Source: Eledone cirrhosa (Eukaryota). Taken from it: 64,000 bases of DNA. Each line of letters opens with the position of its first letter. Positions within the stretch are counted from its first letter, which is position 1. The stretch covers positions 358,670,001 through 358,734,000 of the forward strand of contig OZ024743.1 in the NCBI GenBank assembly GCA_964016885.1. The letters are read 5' to 3'. The position numbers and the translations under genes are program-made. The notes beneath the pieces are model-generated. The model saw only the letters and a program-made list of their open reading frames with translations, had not been told where the DNA came from and made no database searches. Below are positions 25,403-39,000 of this stretch, piece after piece.

Positions 25403-25752
25403 ATTAATGTCAAATAAAGTGTCTTGCTCAGGGACACACAGGGCTGCCTTTTCCAAGAATCGAAATCAAGACCTTACGATCATGCCTCGAACACTCTAAC
25501 CACTAAGCCTTCACATATATTATCTATATATATATCTATATATATACATATAGATTTATATATATATATATATACAAAAAGGATCGATCGACTTCCGTCA
25601 AATCGTACCGAGGAAACAAATGTTTTTTGTCGGTCTTTCCAATTGCTAGTACTATCTATCAGTTGCAACTCCAGGTAGAAGGAACAACGTGAAATAAAGT
25701 GTCTTGTTCAACGACATAACGCATCGCCCGGTCGAGGAATTGAACTCACAAC

Positions 25753-26749
25753 ATCATCATCATCATCATCATCAACGTTTAACGTCCGTGTTCCACGCTT
25801 GCATGGGTTTGGACGGGGGTAGTCCCACTTGAGGCAAGAGTGATTGTCTTGCTCGCATAGGACTGTCTGGCAGGTTTTCTACAGTTGGATGCCCTTCCTA
25901 ACACCAACCACATTTACAGTGTGGGTCTGGGAGGTTTTTACCGTGTTGCCTACACGGCCACATTACAGCGTGGACTGTGTGTTTTTTTGTCGTGACACCT
26001 ACACGATCTCATTTGTTTCGGCCTCGATGGCGCGGCACCAACATAACTTTACATAGAACGGGGTGGTGTGGATCGGGTGGGGGTGGTGGGACGGGGTGTA
26101 TTTGTTAGAGATGCCTACTGGCTGGAGTAGGTTTTACTATATATTTAGGTAAGGCGGGTCTTCTCTGTTACTGAGTACCGCCAAAGGTCTCGGTCCAGTG
26201 ACATTGTCTTGGAGAGGTGTAAGTGTGTGATGTCGGAGTTTATCAGCTCGTCCCAGGTTTTTCTAGGTCTGCCTATTCCGTGACTACCGTCTATCTTTAT
26301 TGCCCTGCACTTTGTTATACAGCTATCGACTTTCATGCGCATCACGTGTCCATACCAACGTAGCCTTCTCTCGAGTAAACAACATCTGATCCCTCTTATC
26401 TCTAATTTATTCCTTAGTTCGTTTATGCTTTGCCGTTCACGTATATTACTGTTACACATCCAGCGGAGCATGCAAGCTTCGTTCCTCTCTAGTCTGCGTA
26501 TATCCTCTGCACACAATGCCCAGGTCTCACTGCCATGCAGCATTGCTGTTCGTATGCAGGCATCGTACAACCTGCCTTTCATTTTTAGTGAGAACCCTTT
26601 AGCAGCTAATAGTGGTATAAGCTCTCTGAACTTTTTCCAACCAGTTCTGACTCTAGCTACAGTACTTTCAGAGCACCCTCCCCCACTGCTGATTTTATCG
26701 CCCAGGTAACGGAAGCTGTCCACTATTTCTATAGAACCCTCTGCGCAAT

Positions 26750-26750
<1 letters not shown>
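25753..26750 (-). mobile_element. RTE 3' end (5'-truncated) with 3' UTR and (ATG)n tail
   Basis: 192-aa ORF 26145-26723 DSFRYLGD...RRLRWYGHV...GRPRKTW. Confidence 0.9.
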
Positions 26751-26799
<49 letters not shown>

Positions 26800-26855
26800 G
26801 TGAGGTTTTTTTTACAAAATGAAAAATAATCGAGGTGTCCTACACGAGTGAAAGT

Positions 26856-27506
26856 ATAAAGAAAAAGAGATGAAATCGAAAATGCAACTGGAGTCTTATT
26901 TTAAAAAAAAATATATATATTTATTTGGTTCCTTTACCGGTTTCGCAGTTCTTCTGCTTTTCAAAAGGTGAGTTGAGATGGAGGGTCTGTGGTTTTTCTC
27001 ACATCTGGTTGGTCTCTGAATGTTACTTGTTTTATATGGAAAAAGTGGCTCGAAATGCCAGGTTTTTCGAGAAGTAATTTCATTGGTTTGTCAATAATTA
27101 TAATAAATTTCGCGCCAGTTCGCGTTACAATAGTTCTTCACATAAGGGGGGGGGGGGGGGGGGGGGGTTGTCACAGGTTGTTTTTTCATATATGAGTGAC
27201 AACCTGTGACAACCCCCCCCTCTTATTTGAAGAACTATTGTAACGCGAACTGGCGCGAAATTTATTATAATTATTGACAAACCAATGAAATTACTTCTCG
27301 AAAAACCTGGCATTTCGAGCCACTTTTTCCATATAAAACAAGTAACATTCAGAGACCAACCAGATGCGAGAAAAACCACAGACCCTCCATCTCAACTCAC
27401 CTTTTGAAAAGCAGAAGAACTGCGAAACCGGTAAAAGAACCAAATAAATATATATATTTAAAAAAAAAATAAGACTCCAGTTGCATTTTCGATTTCATCT
27501 CTTTTT

Positions 27507-27513
<7 letters not shown>
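26856..27513. repeat. ~660-bp near-perfect palindrome flanked by (TA)n
   Basis: Arms of about 320 bp, spacer 27181-27199; mirror ORFs 26989+ and 27379- give near-identical peptides. Confidence 0.92.
26931..26968 (-). ncRNA. Minimal hammerhead motif, U3-A8 core variant (twin at 27400-27437, + strand)
   Basis: CCTT-TTGAAAA-GCAG AAGAA CTGC-GAAA-CCGG-TA-AAGG. Confidence 0.62.
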
Positions 27514-27554
<41 letters not shown>

Positions 27555-27662
27555 AGAATTGTCGCTCTCCCCTTGTTTGCTGAGATTAAAGTAAGTGAGT
27601 TTGTCACTACTCTAAAACAATAGCATACGGTCTTCAAAATGCTTTTAATTAAACATAAAGTG

Positions 27663-27719
<57 letters not shown>

Positions 27720-28278
27720 TTATTAAAACAACAGATTAAAGTTTAAGCAAAGAATCGCTGCTTTCACCCTTAACGGGATCTTCTGAAACTAACAAAGTCA
27801 ATCTGTAAACGCAGAACTGGATATTTCAAAAAACGTTGCAACCGGAGGAAGACAGGAAGACGATACTTTGGTTCGTGGTAACGTTCGCTGGCAAAGAACG
27901 GGAAAAAACGAATAATACGTCATTAATAGGAGCGGTGAAAAACAATTACGCGCAAAGACAAAACCACGTATATGGTATAAAAGAGGTCGTAGACTAATGT
28001 TTTCTTAGGTGGTGCATAGAGACGTTCTCTGGCAATGAACGAAAAAACGAAGATAATAAGTCATATGTGGAGCGTGAAGAACAAAAGCACGCAAAGACAA
28101 AACCACGTAAATGGTATAACAGAAGTCGTAGACTAAGATTCTAACTAGGAGACCAAATGAATCTCCGCTACAGAGTTAAGAACAAAGTAAATAAATACAA
28201 TACAGAAGAAATAGAAACAAATAAATACATACACGCAAACAGATACGTACATACACAAGCATACGCAAAACCTTATAC

Positions 28279-28427
<149 letters not shown>

Positions 28428-28506
28428 CACACACAGACACCATGCATTTAAATGTGAAAGTAAGACAGCTCTACTTAACATTGATCCATCAAATCTGTTG
28501 ATTATC

Positions 28507-28523
28507 TAATTAGATTTTAATCA
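28507..28523 (+). promoter_or_regulatory. P3/RCSI-like paired-homeodomain site
   Basis: TAATTAGATTT matches TAATYNRATTA at 10/11 positions and is followed by TAATCA; about 240 nt upstream of the TATA box. Confidence 0.35.
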
Positions 28524-28743
28524 CTATATATTCTGCCTTGATCCACACTCCTCATCCCAGACCTTCCATGTCATTCCCCCTCACTCATCTTTTCCACCTC
28601 CCACCAGTTGCCACGTTTGTGTGCATGTATGCCTAATTTACCACCCTGTGTATTACTTTAGATCTGGTATTTATATATTATCTACCCTCCTCTTAACATG
28701 ATCTCCATCCGCTCTTCCTCTCCATCCATCAAATCCTAGACGC

Positions 28744-28784
28744 TATAAATTCTGTGGTCATTACAATCGTGCACACTTCATACT
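28744..28784 (+). promoter_or_regulatory. Candidate core promoter (TATA box plus initiator-like motif) of retinochrome
   Basis: TATAAAT at 28744-28750, 181 nt upstream of the ATG; YYANWYY-type TCATACT at 28778-28784. Confidence 0.5.
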
Positions 28785-28924
28785 GTAAGGTAGTGCAATA
28801 AAGACCTGCTTGCTGTTCAACAGCTTTTCCTACATTTTGCATTTTCTGCTTTCTGATCTGCTCTTTTAAGAGATATCAAACAACTCATTTCTTAAAGAAA
28901 CTTACCATCAAAACTTGAGCAAAA

Positions 28925-29015
28925 ATGTTTGGCACTCATCATGGCGGCATGGCTGGCTTGCATACCTTTACCATGTGGGAGCATTATTTTACTGGTGCAA
29001 TATACTTGATAGTTG
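28925..29015 (+). CDS. Retinochrome coding exon 1 (N-terminus, start of TM1)
   Basis: AAAAATG start; MFGTHHGGMAGLHTFTMWEHYFTGAIYLIV-G; donor G|GTAAGT at 29016, phase 1. Confidence 0.94.
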
Positions 29016-32000
29016 GTAAGTGGTACTTCATTCTGTTTTTTATATTTTATTTATTATCATTATTGTTATTGAGCAAGTGTCTTCTTTGTAGACCCTGTAG
29101 ACACTTTGGTAGATAGAAACCCTATAGTGCCTATCATACACACACACACACACATATATATATATGGATAAGCTGTTAGTAGTTAACTAGTAATCATTAT
29201 TCAACTGCGTACTTCATATTTAAAAATGGTAGAGTGCAGATATCATACATTACAAGTAAGCCCATATAATATATAGCTGTTATCTTATCATGACTTTAAA
29301 CAAATTCATAGCGAGAATCTCATATATATCATCATTTTCATTGTCATCATCATCGTTTTAATGTCTGCTTTCCATACTAGCAAGAGTTGGATGGATCTAC
29401 ATAGACCAAGTCAGTACATAAGCGGGGCTACTGATCTCCTAGACAGGCTATGGATCTGCATCCCGCTTATGTACAGTTTCATGTTCTACCTAATGCACAG
29501 GAGAGGGTGTCATGTCTTTGACACAACTAAGGGTCCACCCAACCCTTTATTTGGCAAGCTTTCTATGACCGGATGCTCTTCCTATCACCAACCACTTTAC
29601 AGTGTGTACTGGGTGAAGTGTGTACATGGTTACCAACACTAGAGAGGTTGCCCTACCAAGGCATGAATGATGGGTCCTCTTGATCTCCCTTTTTTTCTCT
29701 CTCTCTTAGAGATGAGAACACTCAGTGCTGAAAATGGGAGCTGTAATGATAGCGATAATATCTAAGAAGTGACAGTGGAGGGGGATAGGTGGAGTGCAGG
29801 GAGTAGCTACTAGGGAAGTAAACAGCAGCTAAGGGATGAATACAGGAGGGGACATGTAGTGATGGTGCTAGTGGAGGGAGAATGTGTGGGGTGTATAAGA
29901 GTGAGGAGAATGGCTACTAGAGTATGATGGAGAGGGTATCTTAGAAACTTAAGAGGGCAGTGGCTAGGAGTGAGTGTTGGGGGTGGGATGGCATGGGGTG
30001 TGTGGTGAGAGTTGGTGTAGTGATGTTGAGAATAGCTGTTAGTGAATGCTAGTGGAAGGAACGTGCATAGGGATAGGTCAGTCCACATTATATGCTGTAG
30101 GTCAGGTCTTCTTCAGCACAGCATAGTGCTAGCCCTCGCACTCCTTAGTCATTTCTGTTGTGAGGTTTAGTTTTTTTAAAGTTGGTCTTCACAGTCTCAT
30201 CACCTGTCTTTCTGGGTATGCCTCTTCCATGGGTTCCAGTCACTGGGGTTTCTCTGCATTTCTTTATGCAGCTGTGATCTTGCATGTGCATCGCATGTCT
30301 ATACCAAGGAAGTCTTCTCTCTTCACACTACATCCAATACCTCCTATGCCAAGTTTTTTCCTCAGTTTGCTTATGCTATGTCACTCATGCAACCACATAT
30401 CCTGCAGATCACACCTTACTATCTTAGAAAGAAGAAGAATCATGTCTTGAGGATAATGTGGTCGTGGATACATTATACTTTGAATATGCATAAACATGGC
30501 TTGAACCTGCTCAGTCATGACTAACCTGGGGCTGAACAACAATATCGACAACAATAAATAGTCTGTTTCATCTTGCTGAGGCTGACTCTTATTGTTGTTC
30601 ACTAACTTGAAGATGTTGGTGGTATTGTGAACAGATACATAGTACAACAAAAATCACAATAAGTGTTTTAAGGCCATTGTCCTTACTAACGAAGGGGTTA
30701 GTCTTGCAGGCCTAATGATAGGCTCCATATTCATCATGTGGTCCTTCTTGAGGCAATGTCTTAGAACCAGATGTTTTTGTTGGTTCCAATCCTTTTAGTC
30801 ACTTCTTATGACTCACAGGGATTCAATGTAATGTATCCCTGTGTGTTGTTGAAGAGATACACAGGAATAGGTAAAAACTATATAGATTAAAGGACTTAGC
30901 TGAAGGTCAGAGAAGGAATATAAATTCTCCACCAGATGGAGATTTTTTTGTGGTGTTTTTTTTTATTTACAGAGAACCAAAGTAAGCCCCAATCCGTATT
31001 TCATTATTGAGTGGTTGACATGGCTGGCCCTAGGGTTGTTGGCACCTTTACACATATTGTTTTAAAAAAAGAGTTTCACATGGAGGGGAAACTGCAAACA
31101 TAGGAATTGTGTACTACAATGAGAGCAGTTCAAACACAGCATTAGAAATTAAAAATGTCTTCAATAATGTAACTAGGATAGAGAGACAGTATTTATGTTA
31201 TTGGCATTGATCTCGATAGCTCGAAGGGTGCCATCGATTTCTTGCAGATGTAATTAATTTCAAAGTATTTTCACACATCTCTTTTATTTCATTTTATATA
31301 TTATTTTTACATTTTTCTTTTTGTATTTTGAAAATGCCAAACAAATGACATGGCTCCCTCTAACACCTGGTGCCTCAGATGACTGCCTGATTGCCAGTAA
31401 ATTCAGCTAGCCCTGGAGGCTGGTAGTGGCAAGAAAATCCTATTATGAAACTGGTTGCTAAAACAGGGAATTACCCATGTTAATGGAAAAATAAAAAAAA
31501 AAAATATTGCTTTGTGTATTCAGTTTAGAATAAGTACACCATATTGTGAGAGGTGACTAAAAGAATTCACACTAGAAAGGACATTTGACTGAAATATTGC
31601 TTTAAAAAGGAGCCCATGATGAACATGAAGCCTTTCATGGGGCCAGCAAGGCTAAACCTTGTTTTATTTATTTATTGACGATGTTTTATTTTTATCTAAT
31701 GAGCTGTACTCATGTTATTTAGATTTTAGCTACTTTTTAAAGACAAACAATGAAGGAGAAGCAAGATAGATGATTCTAGAAAAATGTCTTTCTACATACT
31801 AAGACATATACATCCACAATACTCACATACTCTCACTTCACTTCTCCCTCTCTCTCATATAAGTAGATAATCCATTTAACGATCAACATAAGTAGATAGA
31901 TGGAGAGATTATCCTCTTTTTGGCTTATTTACAATAATATACTTCAAGGTCATTTACACCCACACTTATTTCATATAGGTCATACCCGGTAGATCCACCC

Positions 32001-35000
32001 AGAGGAAATTTAAAGGTGACATGTAAAGGATATTTGTTTAGACATAGGTATGACTGTTTGGTTAAAAAGTTTGCTTTGGTACCACATGTTTTGGGTTCAG
32101 TTCCACTCTTTTGCATCTTGGGCAACTGTCTTCTTCTATAAGCCTGGACTGATCTATGCCTTGTGAAGGAATTTGGTAGATGCAAACTGTAAGGAAGCCC
32201 ATCAAGACATAATGAATTAGTTAATTAAAATTATCAATGTGTTAAATTAGTTAAACAAAATTATCAATGTGTAGACCAATCGATGGCAATTATGCAACTC
32301 CATCCAATTCATCATCATCATCATTATCATCATCATTATGATCCTCATAAAAGCACATTCATTCTGCTGTTTATCCTCAGAAACATTGCAATGAAAGGAT
32401 TAACAAAAAAGGTATCAAGCGATATGAGACAAATGATAATCAATTCCCAGGGTATTTGTGAACCAGGAATGAACCCAGTATCTGTTCATTATGAATGAAA
32501 CTGTCGATATCCTAATTCATATAATAATTGATGGAAGTTAGTTGGATTTCAATGTGGTTAAATTTTGCCTTTTTCTTTTTAAAGCACATTTATCTAGAAC
32601 TTCATTAGCCAATATAGTCTGAGATAACATCATCATTGTTTTACATTGGTTTTCCATGTTAACATGGCTTGGACAGATTGTCAGAGTCTGAATAACCATA
32701 TCTTATTCATATGTTCCATATTTTGGAATGGTTTTTACAGCTGGATTCCCTTTCTAATGCCAACCATTTTATTGTGGTACTAGCACTGTTACTATGCTGA
32801 GTGTATTGGGTACATTTTATCATGTCCTTCGTTATTTTTTAAGATGATAAGTTGAAATTTGAGGGAAATTTGGCTGCCATGTTTTGCAGGTTAAACTACC
32901 ACAAGAAGACTTGTTAATGTGGTATTCTTTTCTTTTATTGGTTTCAGTCATTAGACTGCAGCCATGTGAGGACACCACCTTGAAGGAATTTAGTTCATCA
33001 TATCAATCCCTGTACTTATTTTTTCAAATCTTGTATTTATTTTATTTTTGTCAGAACAGTAAGTTATGGGTCACATAAACAGAAGCACAGATGTATGCGC
33101 ACACATACACACATTCCAATACAAGAGACCCACCAGCACGTACAAACACTGCAACACAAAAAATAAATGTGTAAGTGACCAGAGGCTACAGTGTTGGTGA
33201 TTGAACAGAGACAAACAATATTGGGTTTGTGAGGACTCTTCAGTCTGGATAAGCATGTGACAACCTCACTAGTGCTGATGTCTTGATAAAATGCACCGAG
33301 CACACCCTGTAAAATGTTAAAATGCACTGAAATCTTACTGCCTGCTTAAAAGCTGTATGCATTTTGATTCTTCTCGCTATCTTGATATTGTCTTATAGTA
33401 TTCATTATTTTTTGTTCCAAAGATTTCCTGAAGAGATACGGGAGGGGATAAAGCACCTATAATGGAGATAATTATTGAATAATAATCTCCAGTTGCTCTG
33501 CAAATGGATGTGATATTCTTGCCATATTCAAATATTCATAGGGATGTATGAATAAATGATAATTCCTTATCCTTGAATTTCTTACAATTTTGAATTTTAA
33601 ATGCTCTGCTACTTGAACCATCCTTAACAAAAGAATATTTTAATGACCGATATCTTAATCATCCAGATTTTACTCCAGAGAGACAGAGGATAGCAAAGTG
33701 CAATGAGCTTATCTCATCTTACCAAATAAAATAGTGAAGTACCACATATATTTTATATATATATATATACACACACAATATATATACATATGTATGATGG
33801 ACTTTCATACAGTTTCTGTTTACCAAATTTCTCTCACAAGGCATGGGTTAAACTGAGGCCATATAAGGAGATACTTACTCAAGGTGCTATAAAGTATGAC
33901 TGAACCCAAAACCACTATTGGAAAACGAACCACCCAGCTATATCTAGCTGATTAGCCAGTTTAGATATCATATGTTAAAACTACCAAAGATATAACTCAG
34001 ATTTGACATGCTATATCAGGATGCATCTGTTGCCACCCATTTGGTTTCTATCTCAATTGTAGCAATCCAAGATATATCATCATCATCATCATCATTTTAC
34101 ATCCGCTTTTCCCTGCTTGCAAGGGTGGGACGGGAACTGATTCTGGCTTGATTTCTACAGCTGGATGCCCTTCCTAACACCAACCTCATTTACAATGAGT
34201 GCTGGGTGCTTTTTTTTTTTTTTTCTGTGGCGCCTACACGTCCACTTTACAGTGTGGGCTGGGTGCTTTTTTGCTGTGGCACCTCCACGACCACTTTGCA
34301 GTGGAATGATAGGGACCCCAGTCCTATCATCTCATTTCTACAGCTGAGTAAACTGGAGCAATGTGAAATAAAGTGTCTTGCTCAAGGAAACAACACATCA
34401 CCTGGTCTGAGAATTGAACTCACAACCTTTCGATTGCAAGGCCAAAGCTCTAACCACTAAACCATGTGCCTCTACCTTATATTCAGAAATATACACACAC
34501 TCAAATCTATGCATAAATATATATGTTAAATTTAAATGTAGTGAAGGATTGGAGACGAGTAGAGAGGACCAAATTTACATAGGGTAGGAAGACCTTTTGG
34601 TCTTGTCAAGAACTTGACAATCTTTCTAGTACTGGTGGCATGATAAAATGCATACTGCAAAGTTGTAGTGCTGGTGCGTCAATAAAATATGCACCCAGTG
34701 CAGTCTGTAAAGTGGCTGGCATTAAGAAGAGCATTCAGCTGTAGAAACCAAGCCAATATATGGAACATAAGACTTGTTCAACCCATGCCACCATGGAAAA
34801 CAGATGTAAAATGAGGATGATGATGATGATGATGTACACACTTATATATTCATGTATACATCTGTCCCACCATCTCTGTATCACTTTATAAAGTTAGAAG
34901 ACTTTCAGTTAGTATTTAGCTATTTAGCTAACACACAGATTTCTTATATATATATTCGTACACACACACATACACATATAGATATATATCAATTTATAAC

Positions 35001-36041
35001 TCTATAAAATTAACTGTCTCTAATATGTAGGCAACTCAATGAAAGGACAAAATATATTAATAAATTAATAAACTAATTATTCACTCAGAGAAATATTAAA
35101 ATATAAGCCCAAATACCATTTTTGGGGTGGGTGGGTGGATACAAGTCAAATCAGCTAAAAAAAGTCAATTTTAATTTATATAATGCCCCAACTATAGTTT
35201 CTGATAGTCAAGATACAACACCGGGAATTCCAAGACATTGGAATAGCTAATATTGGAAAAATTGAAGTTTCTTCATCAAGAGGTGAATTCTTCATAAGAA
35301 TAAGGCGACAAGTTGAAAAAAATTTCATACATACCATTTCACTGAAAGATTTTATGGTGAACAAGGTGTTGTATCATTAAATTATCATATGAATATACTC
35401 CACCCAAAGGGACAAGCTGAATATATATCATACAAACCATGCCGTCTGCAGACCACATGGTGAAGCAACGTGATGCAACACTGAATTACTGTATAAAACA
35501 TTTTTACTCAATGTATTAGTACAATACGACGGGCTTATATCGACGCTAGAAATAGCAGCAAAAAAACCTCTAAATGTCTTGGAATGTCTTGGAATATCTT
35601 GGAATTCCCGGTGTTGTATCTTGAGTTTCAGAAACCATGAGTTAGAATTTGACTTTTTTTTAGTTGCTTTGACTTGTATCCCCACTAAAAATGAGATTTG
35701 GGCTTATATATATAGAGAATGTTACAAGGATTCCCCAAAGAAATCTCTTCCAGCATGTCCCTTTGACCATTGCCTGTGGTCTGATGTGGCCTCTAAATGG
35801 ATGACCTGGTGACACACATTCCATTAGTCTGTTTCCTGGCTTTATGGTGAGGACAAGAGGAGTTGGAAGAAGAAACATGGCAGAGCAACATCAAGCCCAG
35901 AACAGAATTTCTCATCTAGCTGCTGCGGCTGGGCTTGTCTGTCCTGAATTGGTTATGTCTGCCATCAGTAGATGTGGGCACGCACCTTCATAAATCTTTG
36001 TTAGTAAAGGTAAGCCATGATATATGTACACATACACACAA

Positions 36042-36073
<32 letters not shown>

Positions 36074-39000
36074 GTGTGTGTGTCTGTGTGTATATATACC
36101 TTTATTTTATATAGAAATGACTTCTATGTGTATGTATAAGATATTCCTGTTGATTCCATATGAAATGAAACAGTTCTAGTGCTATAGAAGTCATTTCTAT
36201 ATAAAATAAAGATGCCTATACTCTACTAACGTATTGAGTACTTTTTTAACTGTGATCACCTCCTGTTACTCATCGGGAATCCACCCATTCATCATCATCA
36301 TCATCATCGTTTAACGTCCATATTCCATGCTTGCATGGGTCTGGACGGGAGTTTTCCCACTTGAGGCAAGAGTGGTTGTCTTGCTCACATAGGACTGTCT
36401 TGCGGGTTTTCTACGGTTGGATGCCCTTCCTAACACCAACCACATTTACAGTGTGGGACTGGGAGGTTTTTACCATGTTGCCTACACGGCCACATTACAG
36501 CGTGGACTGTGTGTTTTTTTTTGTCGTGACACCTACACGACCTCATTTGTTTCGGCCTGGATGTTGTGTCACCAACATAACTTTACATTGAAAGGGGTGG
36601 TGTGGATGGGGTGGGGGTGGTGGGACGGGGGGTGTATTTTGTTAGAGGTGCCTACTGACTGTAGTAGGTTTTACTTTGTATTTAGGTAAGGCGGGTCTTC
36701 TCTATTACTGTGTAGCGCCAAAGATCTCGGTCCAGTGACATTGTCTTGGAGAGGTGTAAGTGTTTGAGGTCGGAATTTATTCAGTTGTCCCAGGTTTTTC
36801 TGGGTCTGCCTACTCTGTGGCTACCGTCTATTTTTATTGCCCTGCACTTTTTTATACAGCTGTCGTCTTTCATGCGCATCACGTGACCATACCAACGTAG
36901 CCTTTATATATATATATATATATTGGAAAATGTGTTAGATCCTTGGTACAGTTAGGTACATTTGAAAAAAAGGAAAATAATGATTTCACTTGTAGTTGGT
37001 ATTCTATAACAATTTAATGTTGTAATTTTACAATTTTACTGTGTAGATTTAATAAGTCTTTTGTTAACTTTGGTGGAAATAAAAAAAAAAAATCTGGTTA
37101 ACTTTCCAGAGAAATGTTACTATAGAAGGCTAATAAATGTAGAGAATGAATAGGAGGAAGAGAGACTACCCTCAACTTACCCAACAGAGGGACCAGTTAT
37201 TGAAAGTGACAGTTATAGGGTCAAAGAAGCAATCTAGGAGATGAAGAATGGTAAAGTCGCGGGACCATCAGAGGTAGTTGCTGAGATTCTAAAAGCACCA
37301 GGAGAAGTGGGAACTGAACTAGTAACCCACATAATCAATCAGGTAATACAGGACGGTGTCATACCCAATGATTGGCACAGCAGTACAATTATAAATAGCC
37401 ACAAAGGTAGAGGTGCTGCTCTAGAAAGGAGCAACTACAGAAGAATAAGATTGATGGACCAAGTTATGAAAGTGATGGAAAGAGTTCTAGCACAGCTAAT
37501 TAGGAAAAGAGTAAAATTAGACAAGATACAGTTCAGTTTTATACCTGAGAAAAGTATTACAGATACCCTCTTTTTAGTGAGACAACTACAAGAGAGTTCT
37601 TTGCTAAAAATAAGCTGCTATATCTAGCTTTTGTTGATCTAGAAGAAAACCTTTGACAGAGTACCTCAAACTATTATCTGGTGGTCCATAAGAAAATTAG
37701 GTGTAGAAGAATGGCTTGTGAGAGCAGTGCAAGCCATATACAGAGACACTGTCAGTAATGTGAGAGTAGGAAGTGAGTTCAGTGAGGAATTCAAAGTGCA
37801 GGTAGGAGTTCATCAGGGTTCGGTTCTCAGACCACTGTTGCTCATCATAGTTCTCCAGGCCACAACAGGGAATTTTATGACTGGCTGTCCACAAGAACTT
37901 TTCTATGCAGATGATCTGTTCCTTACAGTTGAATGAAAGAACTAGAGAATAAGTTCTGACTATGGAAACAGAATTTGGAATCAAAAGAGCTGAGAGTAAG
38001 CTTAGGCGAAACTAAAGTGCTAGTAAGTAGGAAAGAAGATAGGATCTTGATTCTCTCAGGGAAGTGGCCTTGCTCAATATGTAGAAAGGGATAAACTCTA
38101 TATGATGTACACAATGTAAATCTTGGGTACACAAGAGATGTAGAATAACAAGTAGACTAACAGGAAGGGAAGACTTTGTATGTAAAAGATGCACAGGGGT
38201 AATTGAGGGGAAGAGTGTCAGTGATATAAACCTTTTCCAATCACATGAAGGATCCATAGAAGTGGCTGATAGCTTCTATGTAGGTGACCTAATTAGCAGC
38301 AGAGGAGGGTGCTCTGAGAGCACAGTAGCTAGAATAAGGATAGGATGGAAGAAGTTACTCCTACTGCTGATAACAAAAGGTTTCTCCCTACATATAAAAG
38401 GATGGGTTATGACGCCTGCGATGCTGCATTGAAACATGGGAGTGACTGTAGAGGACATGCATAGACTGGAGGGAAATGAAGCAACCATGCTTCGTTAGAT
38501 GTGCAATATAAATAAAAGAGAAAGGCAGAGGCTGGATGAATAAGGGAGAAACTAGATTTAAGAGGAATCTGAAGTGGAATGCAAGAGAAAAGACTGTATT
38601 TGTATGGACATGTGATGTGCATGAAAATGATGATCGCCGAGTGAAGAAGTGCCAAGAAACCCCAGTGGTAGAAAGCTGCAGTAGAGCTAGACAAAGGAAG
38701 ACCTGTGCAGAGGTGGTTAGAACTCATCCCAAATTGCTGAGACTCACAGAGGAGATGACGAAGGAATGTGATGAGTGGAGAGATGCTGTGGAAAAAACAG
38801 ATGTAAAAACGATGATGATGATGATAATGATGATTATATATGTAATGGTTTCTTATATAGGCACAAGGTCAGCATATTTTGGGGAGGGGGAAGTCGATTA
38901 AATCGACCCCAGTGCGTGACTGGTACTTTATTTTATCGACCCTGTAAGGATGAAAGGCAAAGTTAACCTCGGTGGGATTTGAGCTCAGATCATAAAGAGC

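Noticed and set aside
26989-27379. Pair of near-identical small ORFs on opposite strands
   Set aside because: A by-product of the DNA palindrome; no splice or homology support.
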